From positions 64,001 to 128,000 of IMG/VR virus record IMGVR_UViG_3300050156_000143: a DNA stretch of 64,000 nucleotides, one strand, 5' to 3'. How positions within the stretch are numbered: position 1 is the first letter of the stretch; the number at the start of each line of letters is the position of its first letter. Position numbers and translations under genes: made by a program. Of this stretch, positions 27,144 to 39,100 are shown one piece after another. This DNA is from a virus (lineage: Duplodnaviria; Caudoviricetes). The notes beneath the pieces were generated by a model that was not told the origin of the DNA, searched no databases, and saw only the letters and a program-made list of their open reading frames with translations.

Positions 27144-30100
27144 TTATTTAACCAACCGGTTGGCCAGCTCGGTGCCTGATGCGCTGAGTGGAGTATCCCA
27201 AGTACCATAACGCTTGGTGAAATAGTTTGGCAACCGAGACATACCGCGATCAATGACCCACTCATATTTGTCGTGATCTTGGGGTGAACTCATGTGCCGT
27301 CCACGAATAACCGTGATCTGATTAGTCAACATATTCACATCCGTGACGATCATGGTTTCAAATCCTATAACAATATCCCCACCCCGCGCTACCGTGATGG
27401 TCATGACGGCGCCATTCAAACTGTCATCAAAATGCAGCCAAGGTGAAAACTCAATGAAGTCCAAGGTGAATTCAACTTGCTGCGCATTTTCATCAACGAC
27501 GCTTACCCCCACGATGTTGTTACCTTTTCCTGGCAGTTTTATAGCACCGTTGTCTACCACGATATTATGAGTTTGAACGTCGAGTAGTCGCCCAATATCG
27601 CCGACTCGGAATTGCGTGGCATTTGTGTCGATATCATCGGCCAACCATGTCCGATTTTGCGCATACAGTGCTAACCCAGTGTTGTCCACGGTAGACGTCA
27701 ACGTCATCCGATTTGGGGAAGCATGTGCGATCATTGAAGTCACGTTGACCACATCGTTGGCTCCCAATTCTCCCAAATAGATCACTTGGTTTTGGTATAT
27801 TTCCACAGTGGAGGTTCGCACCCCGTTGATATACACAAATAGACGGCTAGTATCCGCCAATGCCATGCCAGCATGATCGATAGTGAAATCCCCATCCAAC
27901 GTTACTACACCCCCACCGCGATGCTGTATTTCAATCTGTTCCCCACTTGGGTCAACTATGGAAAACTGTGTTGAAGAAATTGACACCAAAGTGCCGCCTA
28001 TGGCGGAATACCCGTATCTTCCCGCGACGATCACATGATCCCCGTTCGATCTGCCGTGCGGTGTCTTGGTGGTCACAATGTTGTCGGCCACCGTATCGAT
28101 TTCCGCGATTTTTTTGCCAGTGAAATTCGTGGTTTTTAGTTGTTGCCCACGGTTATTCCCAAACGTAGTGACAGACACTTTTCCAGTCACAGGGGAACCC
28201 AAAGTGAGAGTATAGTCATTGACTGTAAAGTTACTCGTTTGCACCCCATCAATTTCGACCAATACCGCCCCTTGTCTAATGGCAAACGTGTCCCGGCCAA
28301 CAGCATCAAATACTGCGGTGGTCGGAATAGAGTAGGTATTGGGGATAATAGTCACTACATCACCCGTGTGCAGCGTCCCGTCCACAGTAACCACTCCGTT
28401 TAACAACGTGTATTCCAAAATGTTAATGCCGTTGATTTGCACGGTGATGCCACTCGCGTCCAGCATGATCGAGTTTTGCGAACTTAGAGCAAAATTGTTG
28501 TTGCCTGAGTAAACAAATTCATCTATTTTGATGAGGTCGAGTGTTTTCATCGTGACCGTCAAAGTGTCCCCACTAGACAAGTAACTGTTCGTTATGGTGA
28601 TATTGGCATCAGACACTGCGAACGTCGGATATACTGAGCCGATAACATTGCGCTTGTGGCCAAAAACAACCGCATTGTTTTGTGTGATGTAGTTGGCCAG
28701 TGGCTCGCTCACTGTGAGGGCAAATGGTGAAACACCTGTTAAAGTAAACGTCTCGATTTCCGGCTCAATGCTGCCCATAATGGCGTATGCGACGTATTTT
28801 GTGGACATATCACCAGGTAGTACCAAATACGCCACTTCGTTTTCTATATTGATGAGCGCAGTTGTTTTAACACCGTCCACATACGCGGGATGCGCCCCGT
28901 CTAAAATCATTGATGGAGTTATTTCTAGCATGAACTTAGTATGAATTCCATCAAACCTTGCGGGAGTAAACTCACTGGAAGATACTTCCACTCGGTTTCC
29001 TCCACCGGCACAATACAATTCAACGGTCACTACATCATATTCTGACTCAAAAGTAATGGATTTATCGGCCCAATTCACGATGTAATCAAAAATGCGGATG
29101 CCGGTGTGGAAAACCGCGAGAGACATTATGACTAGCCCAGTGCCCCCAAAATAAGCGACATTGTCGGTGTTTGGGATTAACTCCAACGGCGTCATTGAAA
29201 ACCCATTACTTCCATATTTCTGATATTCACCGCCATAGTATCCAGAAGGGGTGGCGTCAGTTTGGATGCTAATTTTGTCCCGCACCATCCCAGACACCAG
29301 TTCTTCGGGCGAATACCCGTATTCAAATTCGCTACCGACCACATCATACAATTCATCGGCGGAAGTAATTGAATCATTGGGCGTCCAATCGACTTTGTTT
29401 GCGCTGAGTAATATAGCGCCATCAACGCCACCCGCCACATATGTGCCAGCGTTGTATAACGTTGTGCGCAGATCATTGGCGGTTCCTGACGACCTGGCTG
29501 CCCAGTTGATTCCGTCGATGCTAGTCAAAATGGTGCCATTTTCGCCGACCACAATGGTGTTATCAATTGCTAACAGATTAGCACTCGTGCTCGATGATGC
29601 CTGCGTCCAGCTAGTCCCGCCTTCACTAGCCAAAATCAACCCATTATCGCCCACCGCGATAATCAAATCACCGATGGCTGAAACGTCGCGCAAAGTTTCG
29701 GAAAACGGTAATTCCAACGTGGTGAACACGGTGCCATTCACGCTAGTGGCGACTATCGACTTTTTGGTAGTATTCCCAATTACACCAACTGCCATAAACC
29801 CGTTGAACCCTGTGGTTTCGATGTGTTTTATTGCATGGAATGAGTTAACTACCCCACTCACATTCGATACACCCAAATCGTGCAACGATGACCAATTTAG
29901 TGAATCGGGCGAGGCTATGACGGACTGTCCACATGCGTAAAACTGTCCATGATATGTGCTGTCATATCTTGCCCCAGTCGGAACATTTGCACCACCACCA
30001 TCAAATGATTCCGCGTCATATGGGAAACTGTCATAACCAGTGCCAGCATTTGGGGCAGTCCAGTTTTCACCATCGGCGCTAATCATGACTCCGACCGTTG

Positions 30101-33100
30101 GGGTCATGGTGGTTACGATGAATGTCCCGTTACTGTGGGTTATGCTGGTGGTGCCAAGTGGAGCATTGGATAGTTTGGTGGCCGCCCAGTCAACACCATC
30201 TTCGCTGGTGATAATGAACGAATTGGATGATGTATCGGCTACTCCATATAACACCCCGTTTGCAACGCAAATGTCATTTACATCGGCAATCAATTTGAAT
30301 TTTTTGTCATTGAGCACAACGTCATTTGGCAAACTTGCTGAAAACGTGTTTCCAACAAATTGGCCATATGGATATTGTGTCCCGGTAAACCATTGGTTCA
30401 ATTTTCTACCCAGCGAGTTTGCTTCGGGAACATACATTGCGCTCAGACGATCCATTGCATTGATACTAGCGTCGTCTTGGTCTAGCTTTTCCCATTTTAG
30501 GGGATCAAATTCCTCGTCAGAATTGGAGACGACGCAAGTATAAAATTCGTGGTTAATGTGAACTACACTCGGGGCCAGTGCCCCAGGATTGGATAACCCG
30601 ATGATGTCACCAACCTCAATACTCAAATCGCCTACATGCTGATAGTTTTTGGTACTAGACACCCGCAGGGTGTCGGAATCAACTGCACGTGCATATAGTT
30701 TGTGAATGTTTGCAACAGAATTCCCGACAACGGTGATTGCCAATATTTCACCAGATGAACCAACGGATGTCACGGTGATCGTACATTTGTTTGCACTAGT
30801 GCCGCCCAGAGTTCCACCACCAATCGTGATAACTTGACCAAGACTATATCCAACCCCGGATGACGCCACTTTGGCCGAATACACGGGAACCGGGGTGTTG
30901 TCCACATAACTCACAAGGGAAATATCAAATTCAGCACCAGCACCATCGACCGTTGACGGTGATACTGAATATTCGCCAGAATCACTTCTAACATAAATCT
31001 CACGGTGGTTAAAATGGTTGACTGACAGGTTAGATGAGACAGCTAGATCGATGTGAGTTGCACCATTGGTAACAGCTGTGACGGTCAATTCTGGGAAAGC
31101 TGCCCCAGATTTCAATTCTGTGAACCCCACGCCCACGATACTCGCAGAAACTATGCTGCCACCATTAATTCCCGTGACGGTCAAGGTCGCATTATTGGTT
31201 GGAGCAATGCCACCCAAGTCACCGCCGTCTATCACGATGTGTTCACCGATAACGTAACCTGACCCGCCATTTTTAATAGTCACAGTGTAGTGATTCGATG
31301 AAACAAAATTTGCTTTGTGAACAATGAATTCCGCATCTTGTCCACTCCCAGAAGCTGCGCCAGTCACTTTATATACCTCATAATCACGAAGTGTGGCGGC
31401 GGATGATGCAAAGTATTTCGCCACATCCGTTGAGCCAACGTGATAGTCATGGGAATAAGCGGGAATTTGTGCTCGGAAACTCGTGCGATCCAGTTTGATG
31501 GTATTGTCAAATGCTCGTGTTGGGCCATTTTCAACTAGCACGATTGCATATGCACCAACCTCGATAGTCCCACCTTGCCCAGACAGAGGGAGCGATGACG
31601 TCAGATACCCTATATCAGCGCGACGACGATAAAACGAAACAAACTGCGCAATTCCGGCCGATGTTGTGGTTGATGAATGTACCTTGATGTAATATTGTTC
31701 GCCATCGTTTAGTCCAGTAAGTGATCCGCGATAGGTAACGATATCACCCGTGGAAAACGCCACAGTGGTCACAATTCTGGCAGCATGGTTGCTATACGTG
31801 TTGGTCACCGTGCCAGAAAACGCTGGGGAAATATTGATCACTGGGGGTTGTGTGTACCCGTCGCCACGATTTGTTACGACAATTTCAGTCACCGATCCGT
31901 TGGATACTTTTGCAGTTGCTAACGCATTAGTGCGGCATTCACCAGAAATAGCAATAGTCGGAGCGACAGAGTACCCACGTCCACCATGTATTACCACGAT
32001 TGCGCTGGTTTTCAAATAAACGCCAACCAATTGGTGATCCGTGATCGTGGTGCCGTTGACCCCACGTTGTAGCCCAGTTAATGTGTTAAAGGTCGGGTTC
32101 GAGCTGGCGTAAAAGATGTCTTCATCATCGACGGTAATAACTCCGGTGGAAGGTAAGCCAACCACGCTACCAACTCGAATTTGAGTGGCACCAATTCCTA
32201 CATATTCGGTGATTTTGGTCACTACAATGGTGGAATTATCTGCCAATGAAATACCACAATTGTTTTTCCACCCAGAATATGGTGATTCACTCCAGATGGT
32301 ATCCGATGCAACAAATTCATTTGAATTTTTCACCACCGACTTCAACATCGGAGAAACATAGTCACCCCCACGATACGTTGCTGGTAAATCAAAATCTGAG
32401 ACGGCCCCGTATGTGCTATCCATTAGGGTGTTACTTTGAACGAAATCGCGGATAACCACGTGGTATGGTTTCGCTTCTTGAATGTAGTCCTCCAAAAAGC
32501 TCGCGTTATCCAGCAAATACTTCTTACTGGCAACTAATTCCCCAGCGTTATATTCAACATCGATGAAACTGGTTTTCATTAGCCAACTCAAATCCAAGTT
32601 TGCGAGCTTGTGTTCGTTCACTATGCCCACTAGAAGCATTTCTAGCAGTTTTGCTCGATGGTGCTGTAAATCGTCTGTGAAAACGGTCTCAAACACAGCG
32701 CCAACAATATTGCGCACAACGGTGGCTGTGGCAGATAGCACCGATGAGCTGAATTGGTACGTACCACCAATAACTCCCACCAAAGTCCAGGTGGCGGCGT
32801 CGTAGCGGTAATATTCTATGGTTTGCCCACTCACTGACACCACCATGCCCACATATGGCGAAGGAACAGTTTCAAGTCCATGAATATTTGGTACATGTTT
32901 TACCGCCTTTTGTTTACCATACGCTGCATCCCACCAATCAACCTGTTTAACATACGAAGCAATGTCGTTGGGGCATTGTGCGACAACCGTAGATAACACG
33001 GTGTTAACATAGTCTATCACCGTTTTAAATGCGGCATTTGCATCCATAGACATGGATTGGCGAGGAACGTTGGCCACACCGTATTTTACTGATGTTGGCA

Positions 33101-36100
33101 ACGATGGGTCAGGTACTACCAAACTGTTCGAGTCGATGCCAGAAATGCTATCCAACAATTTGAGGTACAGCCCAGACTTGGTATCAAACCCTTCTATAAA
33201 TTCCCCGGAATTGGTGATCAGGCTGAATTCAGACGTGATTGGTGAGGTGCCACCAGTTGAAAAACAGAGAGTGTTGTTACCGTTGCACTCGACGCCACTG
33301 AACACCACATTGTTGGAATTCACCGTAACATACGGAATTCCACTATTTTGCGGTGAAAGCAGGTACATGGCAATGATGGTGTCCGACAACGTCTTGTTTG
33401 CACCAAGCACACCACTGTTATCTTGCCAGTAGTGGTATCGTGTTACCAATCTTCCAGTAGAATCCACCACTACCGATTGTGAAAACTGTTTGTCAGGTTT
33501 GGTGGTAGAGGTCACCCATGTTGATGCCACAGTGGTGCTGCCTGGTGCCCATGAATCTTGCCCCGTGTATCGCAAGTTTGACACGTCTGCCCATACTTCA
33601 CCATCGTGATCCGAATGCCACATTTGATAATCGGCGGGATCAACTGATCGGAGGTAATCCGCGTTGTCTGTGATTACTGAAAATATCTTACCCTTGGAAA
33701 AGTCGATGACTTCCAGATCGGTGGCATCATCTCCATGTATTTTCACGGAGTTTAGATGAGATAAATCGGCACCATACACATTGATGTCAATTTCAGTGAA
33801 CTTTTCAACCAATTGGAAATGTACGTTACTTTGTGAGCCAATCGTCATTTCGTTGGAATTGATCGCAAAAGTATTAGAAAACCCTTGATAATCACCTGGG
33901 TTTTGCAATATGGCGCATTTCAAATATATTCCGTCAATTGACTGACATACATCAATTGCGCCCCCGTCTGGGTTGGAATCCACCGATGTGGTGGCGCCTT
34001 GATCCAAAATAACACCAATGTCGATGTTCAATGAAGTGAGTTGTTTTGGCGCAGCAATATACAGGGTTTTGGTCTCGTCGAATTTGACCACCATGCCATA
34101 ATTTGAATACAAATCGTCCCTCGTGGCAATTAATTGCTGTTGCACTGTGTACGGCGTATAGTCGAGAGTATTGGCCACGCTGGTTGATTCCAGGGTGATG
34201 GTCAAATAATCTCCAATGGTGCCCACTCGTTTGTTCTTGATTTTGATTGCCACCCCAGACAACGCCACCGTGGCGATCACGTTTGCGATATCGGCATGGT
34301 TTATTTTTTGTGCGATTTGGGAATTGGTGTCAGTGTCGGCAATGGATACAAGTACCCCGTTGATTAAGACATTGGTAGAAATTCCAGGATGAGAAACGAA
34401 TATTTCCCCATCGGATTTTCCACCATGCTTCGCCACCGTGACCGTTCCGGTGTTGGTGTTACTTGTGGCTTGCCCAGGTGCGCCAATCGCCAGAAGTTCT
34501 GCGTGGATTGTCGTTGCGATAGATTTGCCGTAATTGGCATCCTGTGAAGCTACCCCCCAAACGTCGATTGTCATATTTTGCTGTAACACTAATATGCCAG
34601 TGTTGATAGACAAGATCGCCAATCCGGGGTCATCTACCAACGTGATACTAGAATCTGAGAAACTGTAGTCATCACCATCTACCAACAAGACGCCATTCAT
34701 CTTGACTACTGGGTCGGTAGTTGAATAATCGGCAAATGTGGAATATTTTAGGCTTCCAATTTGTGTAGTAATTTGTTGCACCACTCTAGAATAAACTTGT
34801 ACCAAACCTTGGCCACCATCGGCATTTGCGTATGAAACAATGATAGTTTCAGCAGACGAATCCGTTTGAATCCCAGAGATAACCAACCCAGACGCAACCG
34901 CAAAATCAAACCGTTTGGTGATTGTCCAATCAACCAACATAATACCGGTGCCAGCAGCGATCTGGGGCATTTGCTTGTCCACCGTATACGTGGTGACATT
35001 GTTGGCAAAAATTGCGCTCAGTATGATGTATTGTATTCCTGCAATTTGGATAACAATGTGCGCGGGGATAACAGAAGTTGTGTTCCCTGTTAAAGCGAAT
35101 TGGGTCGCACCAGATACTATACTTGGAGTGTCTTTTGTGGAGTCTGATAAGTTTTCTATCAGTTGAAGACCAATAATTGAACAATCATCATCCATATTTT
35201 TGCTGACAATTGCCCACTCTCCGTCTGCGGATAGTGATATCACCTCACCAACAACGGCATCAACGTTACTATCAGTGTATTCCCCAAGGTCGCACACCAC
35301 TAGCTGGGTTGATTTGTTGGTGATTCGCTTGAATGTTACAGTGTTATCAGACGATAGCGCCAACGTGCCACCAACAGACAATTCAGCGTTTGACGCAATT
35401 GCAGAGTGTGTTCCGTTTATTGCCCCGTCGATATATCTCACAACTGAGTTAGACGTTAAACCAAACGTGGCATATTCAGTATTACCAAACAGTTTTCCCA
35501 CCGTTGAAGAAACGGTTTGGCCAACTTCTGATTTGATGGTTGAATATTCAACATTGTTAATCCAAAACCTGGTTGTCCCATTTGGCACCACAGTGGCTGA
35601 TTCATATTTTCTAGACGTCAAACGCAGCACCGTTCCAGCACCTTTGATCGTCTTAGTTGAACTACCCATGTCATATGCCACCGTGGCTGTTAGATGAGTG
35701 GGAGTGGATAAAATTTGAAATTTGCCAGTAATCAGTCCAGAAACAACAATTAAATCCCCAACTGATAGATGATGAGAGGTGGAAAATGATAGAGTTGAAG
35801 TTGAATTCAACGCTGGGGAAACACTGACAACTGTTGGTGCCACCACCGTTTCACACACGTTCCAACCAATGGGCGTGTTGGCAAAAGTTACGTATTCACC
35901 AACGAGCATAACGTCAGATGATGCGAAAAATTCACCAAACCCATAATATGAATGATCCACCTCAACGTTGCCACCAAAGTCGAAAACTGAAGAGGCCGGT
36001 GAATCCACAATGAGCGAATCCGGTGGAGAAACCTTGTAACCCAGGATATCTTCACGGCGCAGAGGATATTGGCCAAACGTTAGAGCCGTTCCCTGAACTA

Positions 36101-39100
36101 TTGGCGATAATGGGTATTCTACGTAGTTGTCCCCTGTGAACCCAAAATCACGCGCTTTGATCGCCCAAATTTCTGAAGTAGAGTAATTAATTTCTCCACG
36201 AACCAATTTGGCAGTGTTGAACGCATCTAATGCAGTGTTGGTGCCCTTTGATTCAACCATGTTTGAATATGCGTGGAATTGGGCAATTTCGGACAAATCC
36301 GCATCCAACAAGTAATTTCGAGCACGGTATCCAACTAATGATGCAGCCAAATTGCCATCGTCTGTTTCAAAGTCAAATTTTGATGAATCGTATCTATCCA
36401 AAGATAGGGACGCTCGGTGCGATAGATTAGTCAGGAGTCCACGTTTGATCTCACCATATTCAGTCACAATCCACGAAGATTTGGAAAAGGCGCTTGGCCC
36501 GGTTAATTCTTTGGCTGTATAGTAAACACCGTTGTGTTTAACAATGGCTCCAAGTTGATAGCGAGTGTTTTCATTCCATTCTGGTACATCCCCTTGGTTC
36601 ATGATAAACCCAGCGTGGTTGACGAATCCATGCCACTCTGCGGTCTTCGTCCCCTTCACGATCAGTCTAAACTGTCTGAGGCCCGTTTCCAGATTGTAGA
36701 TCAGATCATCGAATGTGGTTTTATTATCAAATATCACCAAATGTTCGATCGATGCAGACTCAAACTGCGCATATGACAAACTATCAGACAATTTGTTGGG
36801 AGCTAGTTCCAACTCAGTGCCATCCCGAGAAATTTGCATGTCTGATGTTGGGATGACTGTCAGGTTTTGTGATAGAACACTGTGTTTGCCACCAAGTGGC
36901 TGGATCACTCCTGACTCAAGATTGATGTGAATCTTTTTAGCACACGGATTCAAGTTAATGGAACTGCCAGAATCCCACCCAGACTGAACCCAGTACAGCA
37001 ATTCGCCGACCATTGACGACCAATCCACCAAATCACCAGAGTCCAAGTAGTCGAACACCAACCCGTTGGATTCTAGATACGCCCCGTACCCTACCATGAA
37101 TTCAGAAAGTGTCTGCACGGTGGAAAACACGGTGCCATACGCGATCGATTTAACTTGGTCGAATTTTGTGGGAAGATTGACCGTCAGGTTGCCCACCGTT
37201 TTTGCAACCGTTTTGGCATGCTTAATGGGAGTGTAGAAATTGAATTTGGGAGTTTTTTGCGAATTTCCCCATACTGCATATCCGGTATCAGTCTTTTGGA
37301 CAATTACCGAGCTGTATTCCGGCAATCCGATTTGCGCAACGTGGTTAACAATGGCGTAATTTTCATCTGGGATCAACAGAGATTTGCTCTTTCCATTTGG
37401 GGAAGTTTTCTCCACAAAGAATTTCAGCATATTTTGATCTGAAAATCCTGCCAAAGGATAACTCAACCTGACATCCAAATTGGTTAACGCAGCGTTAAAA
37501 TAGTCAGTCGCATCGATCCCGTGTTGGAGCATACTGTCAATCACCAGTGGCGCAAATCCATGTTGCGGACTATCTGAAGTTCCATACGGCGACGTAAGAG
37601 CAGACAGTTTTCTAGACACCCCATCAACTTGGTATGAATTTGCACTATTGTAACGATCTGAATCCAAATTTTCACATACGAATTTCACCGGATTCGTTAA
37701 GAAATAAATTTTAGCCAGATCAAACATAAACTGGCTGGATTTTCTGTATGAATATTCAACTGGCCCAAGATCGCCAGCCACCCAATCCCGATTGAAATTG
37801 AACAGTGGCTCATACGTGGGAATCAAATTCCCAATCACGGGAACCAACTCCCCGTTGGTGTCCACCGGGATAACAAAATTGTTCCGAACACGTTCTGGGA
37901 TTACTTTGGGGGAACCGTTGTTGTAATCTATGCCTGCGGCAATATCACCCCACAAGAGTGCATTGTCGGAAGTATACGGCGATACGCCGTATTTGGTATC
38001 CCACCACGATGGTTTATTGGAATATCCGAGAATAGTCCACGGCAGATTTGGGGTATCGGTGTCGTAATGATGTAAATATAATCCCTTAGTATTACCAATG
38101 GTGACTTGATCGCCCAACACATCATAACAGCCACGATAATTCCACGTGCGTTGGTCAAGTAGCGTGTAGTATTGGGAGGTATGATCTAGTTTATGTTTTC
38201 CTAACCATGCGTTAAAAAGTTCGGCATACATAGTGGAAAACTCTTGGAAGTCACGGCTTTTTCCAGGAATGTATGACACCGGATTGACACCAGCGGTCGT
38301 TTTGATGTTGTTGAAAATTCTGACCTCAAATTCAAACAACACCGCATCTCTGAAATCTGAAAATACACCGTCCGCATACTCTCCGTACATCTTAGTGACG
38401 GAATAATCATGACCACGTATGACCCAGGCGGGATTAACGTAGGTCTCATCATATTCTACATGTGGGGGCTGTGACGTAAATATTCCAAGTTTGGACGGGG
38501 TATTTGGTACATACGCCCCATACGTCACATCATACTCGACCACCAAGACCACATCACCCGCGCTTATGTTATACACAATGGCTTCTGGAGAGGTATTGGA
38601 CAACTCGTAGTCAACGCCGCGAACCAAGATCACATCATGCACAAAATCATCTACTGTAGCGCGACGATACAAATTCACTGCACTGTATGAAGCAACGTTT
38701 GAATACGTTTTCGACAGCGCGATACTCGCATTCACGAAATTGGTCGCAAAAGTATATGAAACGGTACTGCCAATGTCTTTTGGAACCATATCGCTATAAT
38801 AGAATGGCCCTTGGAATTCACGGTTTTCAGCAATTTCTCCAAGAATTTCATCCAATATTTCTCGTGGCTGAGTGTAATAACTCAGTTCGCGGGAGCCGAC
38901 CAAGTTGTTCAGAGTCGATTTGTAACGGAAATACTCACTAGCAGAATACTCAAGTGCATCAACAATGTTGAGATTGGTGTCTCCCAACATTGCCCCCAGA
39001 TAAGCCACCGGAAAGCTCGATTGAATCAACTTATTAGCATACTTCGCTGGGTTGGCCAATTGACTGAAATTGTTCACCCCCAAAATGTTGCCAGAAAAGT